From the NCBI GenBank assembly GCA_963668675.2, contig CAXXMB010000001.1, positions 1 through 64,000 of the forward strand: a DNA stretch of 64,000 nt. Reading direction: 5' to 3'. Below, one piece after another: positions 49,721 to 59,129 of the stretch (position 1 is its first letter; each line of letters opens with the position of its first letter). The notes below the pieces were generated by a model. It was not told the origin of the DNA, did no database searches, and saw only the letters and a list, made by a program, of their open reading frames with translations. This DNA comes from an uncultured Desulfatitalea sp. (GTDB taxonomy: Bacteria > Desulfobacterota > Desulfobacteria > Desulfobacterales > Desulfosarcinaceae). The translations under genes and the position numbers were made by a program.

Positions 49721-51331
49721 TTATGCCATTTTCTTCAGTTCTTTTTTAAGTATTTTCCCAGTCGGATTTCTGGGGAGCTGTTCCATGAATTCTATGATTT
49801 TTGGTATTTTGTAGCGAGCCAATTTGTCTTCCAGGAACACCATGACCTCTTCAGCGGAGAGATCGCTGGTTTTGGACGGTTCGATAATCGCTTTGACCTG
49901 TTCACCCAGTGCTTCGTCCGGAACGCCTACAACTGCGGCCGCCACGATGGCTGGATGTCCCTCCAACACCATTTCAATCTCTTTGGGATAGATATTTTCG
50001 CCGCCGCGGTTGATCATGTCCTTCTTGCGGTCCACAATATAAAAGTAGCCTTCCTCATCCATCGTACCGATATCGCCCGTGAGCAGCCATCCGTCCTGCA
50101 GTGTTTCCGCCGTAGCGTCTGGATTGTTGAGATATCCCAGCATCGTGTTTGCGCCCCTGATGCAGATTTCGCCGCGCGTGTTGACAGGCAACTCCTGGAG
50201 ATCGTCGCTGAGAATGCGTACATCCTGTCCCGGCAGCGGCACGCCGACGGAGCCTGCCTTGCGTTTGCCCAGCGCTGGGTTGGAAACGGATACACCCGCC
50301 CCCTCCGTCAACCCGTAGCCTTCCACGATTTCGACGTTGAACCGATCTTTAAAGCCTTTGATCAAATCTACCGATAAAGGTGCCGCACCGCAAAACGCCC
50401 AGCGTAGCTTAAGTTTGGCCATGTCGATTTGCGAAGGATCGATTGAATAATAAACATAATTGTACATGGCCGGGACGCCCATGAGGATCGTGATGCCGTT
50501 GTCGATGATCGACGGCCAGAAATCCGTGGGCGAGAAGGACGGCCGGATGCAAATCGTCTGGCCGCAATAGGTCATCGGATAGGTCCACACACAGATGGGG
50601 TTGGTATGAAACATCGGTAGGAGAATCAGCATGGTGTCGTCGCCCTCCACCAGCCCCAAACGGGCCATGGATTGACAGATCGACAGCTGGTTGCCATTGG
50701 AGATCAAAATCCCTTTGGGCCTCCCCGTGGTTCCCGACGAATAGAGCATCAGCGCTGGATCTTCGTGCGTTTGGGGTACAAGGGTTTCATCGGCTGGATA
50801 GCCGGTCATAATAGCGGCCAAGGTCGTTTTTGCGATACTTTCGCTATTGGCGTCCGATTCACCAACTTCCACAACGATCGGATTGTGCGCCGCGGCTTGG
50901 TATCCTTTGAGGAACTCGGGCATGAATGATTTGTCAACAAAAACGACTCGAGGCTGTGCGTGATCGAGCGCATAGGCGATTTCCGGACCCTTGGAGGCAA
51001 AGTTGACGAGGCAGGCGACGGCACCGATTTTCTGGGCGCCGAACATGACATCGTAGATTTGAGGGGAATTCATGATCATCAACGAGACGATGTCGCCTTT
51101 TCGTACGCCCATGTCGATCAGGAAATTGGCCACTCTATTGGCAAATTGGTTGGTTTGGGCATACGTGCGGGTTTGGTTTTCATACAGCACGTGAAGCGTT
51201 TCGGGAATTTCTTCGGCGCGTGTCGTCACCATTTCTGCCAGACTGGAAAACGATTTCTGCAGACCTTTCAGAAAAGGCAGCGATTCCAAGTCAAGGAATT
51301 CAACATTGGGTTTCACAAGTTGGCCGGCCAT
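49721..51331 (-). CDS. Acyl-CoA synthetase (class I adenylate-forming enzyme)
   Basis: YSSGTTGRPKG, LPMFH, EGYGLTE, TGD, DRKKDMINRGGENIYP, PTGKI. Confidence 0.93.
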   Translation of the reverse strand: MAGQLVKPNVEFLDLESLPFLKGLQKSFSSLAEMVTTRAEEIPETLHVLYENQTRTYAQTNQFANRVANFLIDMGVRKGDIVSLMIMNSPQIYDVMFGAQKIGAVACLVNFASKGPEIAYALDHAQPRVVFVDKSFMPEFLKGYQAAAHNPIVVEVGESDANSESIAKTTLAAIMTGYPADETLVPQTHEDPALMLYSSGTTGRPKGILISNGNQLSICQSMARLGLVEGDDTMLILLPMFHTNPICVWTYPMTYCGQTICIRPSFSPTDFWPSIIDNGITILMGVPAMYNYVYYSIDPSQIDMAKLKLRWAFCGAAPLSVDLIKGFKDRFNVEIVEGYGLTEGAGVSVSNPALGKRKAGSVGVPLPGQDVRILSDDLQELPVNTRGEICIRGANTMLGYLNNPDATAETLQDGWLLTGDIGTMDEEGYFYIVDRKKDMINRGGENIYPKEIEMVLEGHPAIVAAAVVGVPDEALGEQVKAIIEPSKTSDLSAEEVMVFLEDKLARYKIPKIIEFMEQLPRNPTGKILKKELKKMA

Positions 51332-51464
51332 GACCTACCCCTTTAAGATGCCTAAAAGTTCATCTGCTTCAAAACTTCTGTGATGGCAGCAGACGATGCA
51401 GATGGGCGTCTGCGTGCCTAAACCAGAAACCGTGAAGGTGGCGGCTGCCTATTCGAACCGACGG

Positions 51465-52175
51465 CTAAACCTCCAAATATTTCGATCGCGCCTCGGGGTT
51501 GGCTTCCAGCTCTGCGACCGTGCCTTCGTAGCCGATATGGGCTTTGCCCATCAGATAGACGCGATGCGCCAGTGAAGTGGCCACTTTGTAGTTGTGCTCC
51601 ACCAGCAGTACCGACACACCGGCTGCATTGATTTCCGCAAGAATATCACGTACTTCCTTGACAATCAGCGGCGCGAGTCCTTCACTGGGTTCGTCGATGA
51701 GCAGCAAGGAGGGATTGCCCATCAAAGCCCGGGCGATGGAGAGCATCTGCTGCTCGCCTCCGGAAGTAAAGCGGGCCTTCAGGGCCTTTTTTTTGGCCAT
51801 AAACGGGAAATGGGTGTATATGCGCTCGAGGGTCCAAACCTTTTCTGCCGCCTTTCCCCCAACGTCCTTTATCCCCAGTCTGAGATTTTCTTCAATGCTC
51901 AAGCCTCCGAAAACCTGGCGGTCCTCGGGAACATATCCGATGCCGGCCTGGGCGATCTTGAACGGCGGAAGGCCGCGAACGTCTGTTTGATTGAAGATGA
52001 CTTGTCCGGATTTGGGCCGTTCGAGGCCTATGATACTTTTCAATGTTGTGCTTTTGCCCATGCCGTTGCGCCCGAGCAGCGCGACAATTTCGCCTTCCCC
52101 GATATTCATGGATATGTCTTGGAGGGCATGGCTCGACCCGTAAAACGTATTCAGGTTTTTAATTTCAAGGAGCAT
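51465..52175 (-). CDS. ABC ATPase, LivF-like
   Basis: GRNGMGKST, SGGEQQM, DEPSEGLAP, VEH. Confidence 0.92.
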   Translation of the reverse strand: MLLEIKNLNTFYGSSHALQDISMNIGEGEIVALLGRNGMGKSTTLKSIIGLERPKSGQVIFNQTDVRGLPPFKIAQAGIGYVPEDRQVFGGLSIEENLRLGIKDVGGKAAEKVWTLERIYTHFPFMAKKKALKARFTSGGEQQMLSIARALMGNPSLLLIDEPSEGLAPLIVKEVRDILAEINAAGVSVLLVEHNYKVATSLAHRVYLMGKAHIGYEGTVAELEANPEARSKYLEV

Positions 52176-52178
52176 CCC

Positions 52179-52925
52179 CTAAACCTCCGTGTCGCCGAGA
52201 TAGGCTGATTTTACCCGTTCGTCGGTTTTGATGACGTCCGGCTTGTCGGTTGCCAAAATTTCGCCATGGTGAAGGACGGTGATGCGGTCAGCCAGAGAGA
52301 AGACCACATCCATGTCATGCTCTACGATGACCATGCTTTTACCTTCCGTCAGCTTGAGAATGAGTTCAACGGCTGCATGGGTCTCTTCTTTCGACATGCC
52401 GGCGGTCGGCTCATCGAACATCAGTAAATCCGGGTTGGTGGCGATGGCCATCCCCAGTTCGAGGCTGCGCTGTTTACCGTATGAGAGACTGCTTGTCAGT
52501 TCATGGCGCTCATCGTACAGACTGATCTGCCGAAGGGTTTCATCGGTCTCTTCGGCAACCTGCTTCAACGTGTCTGTCCTGCGCAGCAAATCATATCGAA
52601 TCTTCTGCTTGGACAGAACGGCAAGGCGAATGTTCTCATAGGCCGTCTGCTTTTGGAATGTACTGGTAATTTGGAACGAACGGCCCAGGCCCATGCGGGT
52701 TAACTTGAATGGTTTGGTCTTAGTGACATCAAACCCCTTAAAAAAAACCCGACCCTCTTTTGCCGTATATGTACCAGTAATAACATTGAAAAGGGTCGTT
52801 TTGCCCGCTCCGTTTGGACCGATAATGGCGTGCCGCTCACCGTCCCGGATGTTCAGATTGACTTGCGTCAGAACCTCCAACCCATCGAAATGGTGGCAAA
52901 GCCCTTTTGTTTCCAGGATGCCCAT
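52179..52925 (-). CDS. ABC ATPase, LivG-like
   Basis: GPNGAGKTT, LSYG, DEPTAGM, VEHDMD, AYLG. Confidence 0.92.
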   Translation of the reverse strand: MGILETKGLCHHFDGLEVLTQVNLNIRDGERHAIIGPNGAGKTTLFNVITGTYTAKEGRVFFKGFDVTKTKPFKLTRMGLGRSFQITSTFQKQTAYENIRLAVLSKQKIRYDLLRRTDTLKQVAEETDETLRQISLYDERHELTSSLSYGKQRSLELGMAIATNPDLLMFDEPTAGMSKEETHAAVELILKLTEGKSMVIVEHDMDVVFSLADRITVLHHGEILATDKPDVIKTDERVKSAYLGDTEV

Positions 52926-52938
52926 CAACACACTCCTT

Positions 52939-53901
52939 TCAGTTTGAAAACCACTTGGCTTTGGCCAGATTGTATAAACCGACGAACCCGCTGCGGAAGA
53001 ACATGACCACCGAGATCAGGAGCAGGCCGTTGATGAGGAATATTTTATCGGTATTGCGTACCGCCAATTCCTCCAATCCGGTCATCACCCCGGCACCCAC
53101 AATCGGTCCGATAAAGGTACCGATGCCGCCGACGAAGACCATCATGATTGCCGTAAACGAATTCATCACGTGAAAGACACCGTCCGGCGAAACGAGATTT
53201 TGGAAAAGCGCATAAACCGCGCCCGCCATGCCGGCAAAGAAACCGGAGATGAGAAACATGATGGTTTTCGAAAGCGGGATGTTGAACCCGAGGTAGTTGA
53301 CCCGGTCCGCATTGTCACGAATACCGGCCATGACGCTGCCGAAAGGGGTGCGGGTGGCGTACCACATCACCCATAAGCCGAGGCCACAGATGGCAACGGC
53401 GAAGTAGTAGAAATGAATGGGCTGTACCATGTCGATGGAGATACCGCCGGGAATGTCCAGTGACGGTATGGGAAAACCGCCCACGCCGTCTTCCCCGTAG
53501 GTGATCTTCCTGAGTTTAATACAGGCAACGAACAAAAGCTGCCCCAGCGCCAGTGTGAGCAGGGCAAAGGCTGTGTCCTTCACGCGAACGAGAATGGGGC
53601 TGACGATGAGCGCCAGAAGGGCGCCTGCAAAGCAGCCGATACCGATCGAGGTGAACAGCCCGAGCTGTTCGATATGATCGAGCGACAGGGCCGTTGCGTA
53701 AGCACCGATACCGAAAAACATGGCGTGGCCGAAACTGAGCAAACCGGTAAAACTGAGCAGCAGGTTCAAACTGGCTGCAAATACGGCAAAGATGGCAAAG
53801 CGGATAAACAGATTCGTGTAAACGCTGCTGAAGACCAGGGGGTATACGAGCAATATGACGACCAGCAGCAGCCATGGGATCCATTTTTTGTAATTGTTCA
53901 T
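52939..53901 (-). CDS. ABC permease, LivM-like
   Basis: TGLLSFGHAMFFGIGAY, IRDN, GGIGTFIGPIVG. Confidence 0.9.
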   Translation of the reverse strand: MNNYKKWIPWLLLVVILLVYPLVFSSVYTNLFIRFAIFAVFAASLNLLLSFTGLLSFGHAMFFGIGAYATALSLDHIEQLGLFTSIGIGCFAGALLALIVSPILVRVKDTAFALLTLALGQLLFVACIKLRKITYGEDGVGGFPIPSLDIPGGISIDMVQPIHFYYFAVAICGLGLWVMWYATRTPFGSVMAGIRDNADRVNYLGFNIPLSKTIMFLISGFFAGMAGAVYALFQNLVSPDGVFHVMNSFTAIMMVFVGGIGTFIGPIVGAGVMTGLEELAVRNTDKIFLINGLLLISVVMFFRSGFVGLYNLAKAKWFSN

Positions 53902-54767
53902 TGTCTTTCTCCGAACAGACCGGTGGGTTTCAGTGAGAGTACGATGACCATCAGGCCAAAGGTGATCAGCGGTGCGACGGTCGGGATAAATTGAATGCCG
54001 TACGCATTCAGAAGCCCAATAAGAATGGCGGCCACAAATGCGCCCCATAGACTTCCCAACCCGCCTAATACCACCACCACAAATGCATCGAGGCCGATCT
54101 GATCGGCGAGCCCTGGAAACACGGACAGCAGCGGAGCGACCACTACACCGGCCAGACCGGCCAACCAGGTTCCGAATCCGAAAAAGAGGGTGAAGATCAG
54201 CGGCACATTGATGCCCAGTGCACCGACCATGTCGGCATTGGTCGTTGCCGCCCGTACGATGGTGCCAAACCGCGTTTTATTGAAGAGTTGGATCATGCCG
54301 ACCAGCACCGCAATTGTAAAGGCGATGACGAAAAGCCGATAGTTCGGGTATTTCAAAAATCCGATGGGAACGAAGCCCTTCAGTAAATCCGGCGCCCCGA
54401 CCATCAAGCTTTGTGTGCCCCAGACGGATTTTACCACTTCAAGCAAAATCATTCCGATACCCACCGTCAGGACCATCTCTGGAATGTGCCCGAATGGATG
54501 AATCTTTTTGATCAAATAACGCTCCATGATCATACCGATAATGGCGATGATGACCGGTGCCACGATTAACGCGACCCAGAAATTGGTCATGGTCGCAATG
54601 GTATAGCAGAAATAGGCGGCCAACATGAAGAGATAGGCATGTGAAAGGTTTAGAATATCCATCAATCCGAAGATCATGCTCAGACCGGAGGCAACCAGGA
54701 AAAGAAGCATACCGTAGGAGATGCCATGAATGCCTTGGGATATCAGGATAAAGGTTGTCGGGCTCAT
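53898..54767 (-). CDS. ABC permease, LivH-like
   Basis: GLSMIFGLMDILNLSH, TRFGTIVRA, VVVLGGLGS; 4-bp overlap with the next gene. Confidence 0.9.
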   Translation of the reverse strand: MSPTTFILISQGIHGISYGMLLFLVASGLSMIFGLMDILNLSHAYLFMLAAYFCYTIATMTNFWVALIVAPVIIAIIGMIMERYLIKKIHPFGHIPEMVLTVGIGMILLEVVKSVWGTQSLMVGAPDLLKGFVPIGFLKYPNYRLFVIAFTIAVLVGMIQLFNKTRFGTIVRAATTNADMVGALGINVPLIFTLFFGFGTWLAGLAGVVVAPLLSVFPGLADQIGLDAFVVVVLGGLGSLWGAFVAAILIGLLNAYGIQFIPTVAPLITFGLMVIVLSLKPTGLFGERQ

Positions 54768-54994
54768 TTGGTGTCCTCCACAAACATAGAAGCGGCGCCC
54801 ATGCAACAAAGGCTGACTTCAAATTGAATCCGGGCGGTTTAATTTCGCGGTGCCGATAGCGCCGGTTGGGCTGCAACAGCAGCACCGCACTCTCGATGAT
54901 GAAAAAGGGGCCCAAGTCTATCATTGCGGGCCCCAATCATCAGCACGGGCTTGCATCCCTTGTCTACTTCGCCAAGGCGTGTAGACTGGGAATT

Positions 54995-56374
54995 CTACTT
55001 TTTTAAACGATCTTTAAGTCCCTCGGGAATCGGAGGGGTGCACTTATCCATGGGGATGGTGGTGACGTTGTGGAGCCCCGCAAATCCTTCTGTATAGAGC
55101 GCGCCCGGGTATACCTCTTTGGTTGGATAAGCAGTAACCCCTACATACATCGGAAATATCGCCTGGTGATCCTCGGCTCGCATTATGCGAGTTCCCTGCA
55201 TGGAGTGATACTCGTACCCTTCCCATGTCGTGACGATCTTTTCCGGATCCGTCGTTCCGGCTTTTTCGATGACGTCAAACAGCCAGTAGGTATCGGAAAT
55301 GGTTTGGCCAATCACGATTTCAGGCCATTTGTAGAGAAGCTTGTTATAAGGATCTTTCCAGGTGAGCCATTGCCTGTTCCAAGCTTCCATCAATTTGGCT
55401 TGTGCCTTCGTTTGGGGGGTATCACCGCTCATCCAGGAATACCCGGTGACCATATCCTTGCTCCCTTCGGGCCCCACTATTTTGTATGAGTCGTGGTTTG
55501 TGACGTAGATATTGGCGATGGGAAGGTCCAATCCCATGTTTCGGGCCTGCTTGAGCAGGTTCTCGGCATCGGGCATCCAGTCGGCGGTATACAGGACTTG
55601 CGGTTGAGCCGCCATCACCTTGGTCAGAAACGGCGCGAAATCCTTTAGCCAAAGCTCGTGAAAGTCTTCGCCGACAATTTCGGCTTCGGGCTTGTACATG
55701 GCCAGCGCCTTTTTGAATTCGTTGGCCATGCTGTGTCCGTAAAGATAATCCTGGCATAGAATGTAAAATTTGGTCTGTGGCTGTTTGGACCAATAGTAGG
55801 CCATGGCCATGTTCCATTGAGTCGTATTACTCAACGTCCGGAAGGTGTAGCGATTGAAGTTTTTGGCGTCCATCAGTTCATTGGACAAGGCCAGGCAGTT
55901 CATGAAAGGGACTTTGTACTTGCCGGCCACGTCACCGATCACTTTGGCTAGATGGGATCCGGAAGTACCCCATAGAACATCCACTTTCTCTTCCAGGCAA
56001 AGCCGCTCCGCCTCCTGCTTAGTGGCAGCCGGTTTCCCCTGGGTATCGCCTTTGACGATCTCGATTTTTTTCTTTTTTCCATCTACGAGGATCCCCCCTC
56101 GCTTGTTCAGATCGTAGGCGACCCAATTGACCACGGGCCAGAAGAGCTCCCCGTTGCCGGCAGCGGGACCACTCATAATTTGCATGTAGCCCACTTTTAT
56201 GGTGTCCCCCGTCGGCTGTTTGACCGTGTTTGGGTCAAAATCGGTCATGTCCGACATTTTAGTGATATCGAATGTGGAACTCGCACCAATTGCCGAGGGG
56301 ACAACAGCCAGGAAGGCCATTCCCAATAAAAGAGCCCCTACCAAGAAATAGCGACCAACAACTACAGATTTCAT
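54995..56374 (-). CDS. ABC substrate-binding protein (HAAT/Liv family)
   Basis: Signal peptide, SGPAA, N..GGI, DY.YG, DFAPFLTK. Confidence 0.88.
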   Translation of the reverse strand: MKSVVVGRYFLVGALLLGMAFLAVVPSAIGASSTFDITKMSDMTDFDPNTVKQPTGDTIKVGYMQIMSGPAAGNGELFWPVVNWVAYDLNKRGGILVDGKKKKIEIVKGDTQGKPAATKQEAERLCLEEKVDVLWGTSGSHLAKVIGDVAGKYKVPFMNCLALSNELMDAKNFNRYTFRTLSNTTQWNMAMAYYWSKQPQTKFYILCQDYLYGHSMANEFKKALAMYKPEAEIVGEDFHELWLKDFAPFLTKVMAAQPQVLYTADWMPDAENLLKQARNMGLDLPIANIYVTNHDSYKIVGPEGSKDMVTGYSWMSGDTPQTKAQAKLMEAWNRQWLTWKDPYNKLLYKWPEIVIGQTISDTYWLFDVIEKAGTTDPEKIVTTWEGYEYHSMQGTRIMRAEDHQAIFPMYVGVTAYPTKEVYPGALYTEGFAGLHNVTTIPMDKCTPPIPEGLKDRLKK

Positions 56375-56599
56375 TCAGACCTCCCATCGATCCTGTTATT
56401 AAGATAGTGGTTATTAGGTTGCACCAATACGTCAACTTGATTGGCTTGTTTTATAAGAGGGTAATCTATCCGTTTATAGCGATGGAGTGTTATTTTTGCA
56501 TTGTCTGGTGGGGCTAAGAACATGAGATCATGTCCGTTCATTGAAATGAGCTGTCTGTAAAAACGCTGTTTTTCTTAAACTATGTTCGACTCAGGCGAA

Positions 56600-56649
56600 C
56601 TTATATTTTGATATGGGGTTGGTGTCAACTATAAAACGAACGTTCGTTT
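56600..56649 (-). promoter_or_regulatory. Sigma70 promoter of the ABC/CoA-ligase operon with adjacent 16-bp palindrome
   Basis: Minus strand TTGACA-17 bp-TATAAG; AAACGAACGTTCGTTT perfect palindrome at 56634-56649. Confidence 0.65.
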
Positions 56650-56650
56650 C

Positions 56651-56772
56651 AAACGCCGAATCGGCCACATAGACAAAGGCGCTGGGCTTCAAACCATGGG
56701 GGGTCATATGTTTGGAGATGTTGGTCAGCAGTTCGTTGTTCAGGGTCTTGTCCGAGGCGTCCGGGTTATCTC
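56651..56772 (-). mobile_element. IS1634-family transposase internal fragment
   Basis: ASDKTLNNELLTNISKHM...AFVYVADSAF resembles the GNxSD...VADS core of IS1634 transposases; flanks unrelated. Confidence 0.6.
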
Positions 56773-56904
56773 GTCCCGGCCGAGGATGACCGGCTGGCCT
56801 CTTATGTTTGCCAATCAAGAGCCGATATGAGACAAAGGGCAGGTGGGTCGGGTGCACGGGTTTAACCTTAAAATTTTCAGCCGTCCCTGAACCGTGGGCA
56901 ACCA

Positions 56905-57714
56905 TTGCGGGGCAACATCTTTTCAATGAATTTTATCAGGGGGGATGGAATATTGCGATTCAACGGACGAAAATGCATTGCCGGGTCAATCCTCTGCATG
57001 GCACTGGGGTTTTGTATCTTTGCGGCAGCTGTGTTTGCGGCCCAATCCAAAACGCGCAATGCCGATGGATACACCAACCGAATGCCCATTGGCTGGGATG
57101 AAGCTTTTTTCACGGTGATTGCATCACCGGAAGACAGCCGGCTCGAAGCCGGAGAGATTCTCAGCGAAATTAAAAAAATCGATACAGACACTGTGGTGGC
57201 GCAAAGCATGGGTCGGATCAAAGCCCAGCCACAGGAGTGTTATCAATTGGTGCGCAACTACGATCAATACATCCGCCTGATGCCCCATACGGTGGAAAGC
57301 AAAGTGATTCGCTCCTTTTCTTTGGAGAATTCCGACTCCGGCGAAGAGGCAGTGGATTTTTGGACCCGGATTCGAGTGTTTGGATTCAGCACGGGTTACC
57401 TGTTGCGCATCGCCCATTTGGCTGAACCGGACAATACGGCGTTTGGCACCTATTGGACCTTGGTGGACGACCCGGCCCAAACCACCGGGTGCATGGATGC
57501 CCAAGACCAACCATGTCAAAACGATCTGGCCATCAATGTGGGCTCCCATCGCTTTGAACCCTTTCCCGGCCATCCCGAATTTACCCTGCACACCTACACC
57601 CTGATCATAGAGGGAACACGGTGGTACCAGCGGGCCGCCTTTCGCCTGGGGGCCAGACAATCCATGGCAGAAGTAATTCTGGGAATTCGCGCGGCGCTCA
57701 ACTGCGCTGAATGA
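56905..57714 (+). CDS. Exported START/SRPBCC-like protein
   Basis: GRIKAQPQECYQLVRNYDQYIRLMPHTVES resembles the SRPBCC start; hydrophobic signal segment; true start uncertain (perhaps 56998). Confidence 0.6.
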   Translation: MRGNIFSMNFIRGDGILRFNGRKCIAGSILCMALGFCIFAAAVFAAQSKTRNADGYTNRMPIGWDEAFFTVIASPEDSRLEAGEILSEIKKIDTDTVVAQSMGRIKAQPQECYQLVRNYDQYIRLMPHTVESKVIRSFSLENSDSGEEAVDFWTRIRVFGFSTGYLLRIAHLAEPDNTAFGTYWTLVDDPAQTTGCMDAQDQPCQNDLAINVGSHRFEPFPGHPEFTLHTYTLIIEGTRWYQRAAFRLGARQSMAEVILGIRAALNCAE

Positions 57715-57853
57715 GCAGTTGGACAGACCCGGTGTGCGCAACTTTCGAAAGGCACGGCATAACCGCCCGTCGTGAGCGGTTGAAATAGCCGCGCAACAGC
57801 GCCGCCATACGAGGAGGGCTGTGGCGGCCATGGATGCAGTTTCAAACAGCTTG

Positions 57854-58594
57854 TTACGCTGTCAACAACTGTCGATAGAAAACCTTGTGGTGGCTTGACG
57901 GCGAAAACCCGCGCACTTCGACCACGCGGGTTTGGGTATCAATGGAGAGATAGCGCATGGTGTTCGAAGCGCATTCCCCTGAATTGAGATAGACCCCCTT
58001 ACCGATGGAACGGCAAGCCATCTGGTGGGAGTGGCCCATGACGATGATATCATGGTTGCCCCGAACCAGCGCCTTCCATGCCGCTAAATCCAAGTTTGGA
58101 AAAATCTTCTGACCCAACATATAAAGCGGGCCTTCCAGATAGTCGGCCAGCCGCTCCAAGCCCATCCGGCGCAGCCCGCCAATCATCCAGGTCACCAGAA
58201 AAGGCATCCGCGCACCCTCGCCGATAAAGGGGTCGAACTGATGCCCGTGGATGAACCACAGTCTCAATCCGTCCTTGATCAACCGAATCTGGTTTGCGGC
58301 ACCCAACACCGCCTGTGTGATTACATCATGATTTCCAAATATCGTTTGATGGGAGCTGGCGCGCCAACGCCGGGCGAGACGCGAATAGCGGGATAGAATG
58401 GCATCGAGCACATCGGGCCGCGAGCCCGGATAGATACCATAATCGGTCTGATAAATGTCGCCCATGAGGATAATCTGATCATGACGCCGGCAAAGATGAT
58501 CATCAAACTTTAACAGGGCCTCTTCTCCGGCCCGGAATTTGTCCAAAACAGGGGTGTGGGTCAAATGCAGATCCCCAAAAGTCGCAATGCGCAT
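57854..58594 (-). CDS. Calcineurin-like metallophosphoesterase (LpxH-like)
   Basis: GDLH, GDI, GNHD, HGHQFD, GHSH, NSG. Confidence 0.88.
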   Translation of the reverse strand: MRIATFGDLHLTHTPVLDKFRAGEEALLKFDDHLCRRHDQIILMGDIYQTDYGIYPGSRPDVLDAILSRYSRLARRWRASSHQTIFGNHDVITQAVLGAANQIRLIKDGLRLWFIHGHQFDPFIGEGARMPFLVTWMIGGLRRMGLERLADYLEGPLYMLGQKIFPNLDLAAWKALVRGNHDIIVMGHSHQMACRSIGKGVYLNSGECASNTMRYLSIDTQTRVVEVRGFSPSSHHKVFYRQLLTA

Positions 58595-58839
58595 GTTCCA
58601 TCCAACTCCTACTCTTCATTACAGTTCAAAAACGCGCCGTCTCATGATGCACTATCAACGAACCATCGCATATTCTATATCGCACACTAACCGATTTTTC
58701 TTTAAACGTTAAGATCAAATAGATGAAAGCCGCCTTTTTCCTGCCCCGTCCACCATGCTTCGTCAAAAACAGAAAAACGGCGATTCAAGAAAAATCAATC
58801 TTCGTAAACCGTCGTCGGATGTGACATTAGCGCCGAACA

Positions 58840-58871
58840 ACAAAACCCGGTCATATTTGACCGGGTTTTGT
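58840..58871. terminator. Bidirectional terminator-like hairpin
   Basis: ACAAAACCCGGTCA / TGACCGGGTTTTGT with A and T runs on the flanks. Confidence 0.7.
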
Positions 58872-58905
58872 TTTGATATCAATCGTTTTCATTCTGGCCG
58901 AATCT

Positions 58906-59040
58906 TGATGCCACCGTAAAAAGTCGCTCACACGTCATGCCGGACTTGATCCGGAATCCAGAACCCATTGAAAAGATTGGATTACGGCCTTCGCCGGAAT
59001 GATGGAAAAAGTACTTTTGGGACTTTTTACGAGCGCATCA
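58906..59040. repeat. MITE-like element enclosing a CGTC-type REP pair
   Basis: Ends TGATG-N4-CGTAAAAAGTC / GACTTTTTACG-N4-CATCA; internal CGTCATGCCGGACTTGATCCGGAATCCAG...TGGATTACGGCCTTCGCCGGAATGATG. Confidence 0.8.
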
Positions 59041-59129
59041 GTCTTGACGTACAAGGTATTTAGCACCGTTCGGGCTCAGGATATCGGATCTTCATGAAAG
59101 AACGTATTTTCTGGTCGGATAGGCTGACT

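Noticed and set aside
49658..50377. 239-aa plus-strand ORF after att-like site 3 as a candidate integrase
   Set aside because: Antisense shadow of the acyl-CoA ligase with no R-H-R-Y recombinase motifs
51410..51450. GCCTAAACC...GGTGGCGG resembling part of a c-di-GMP-I riboswitch
   Set aside because: Lacks the GGCAAA/GAAA first hairpin and lies antisense to the operon
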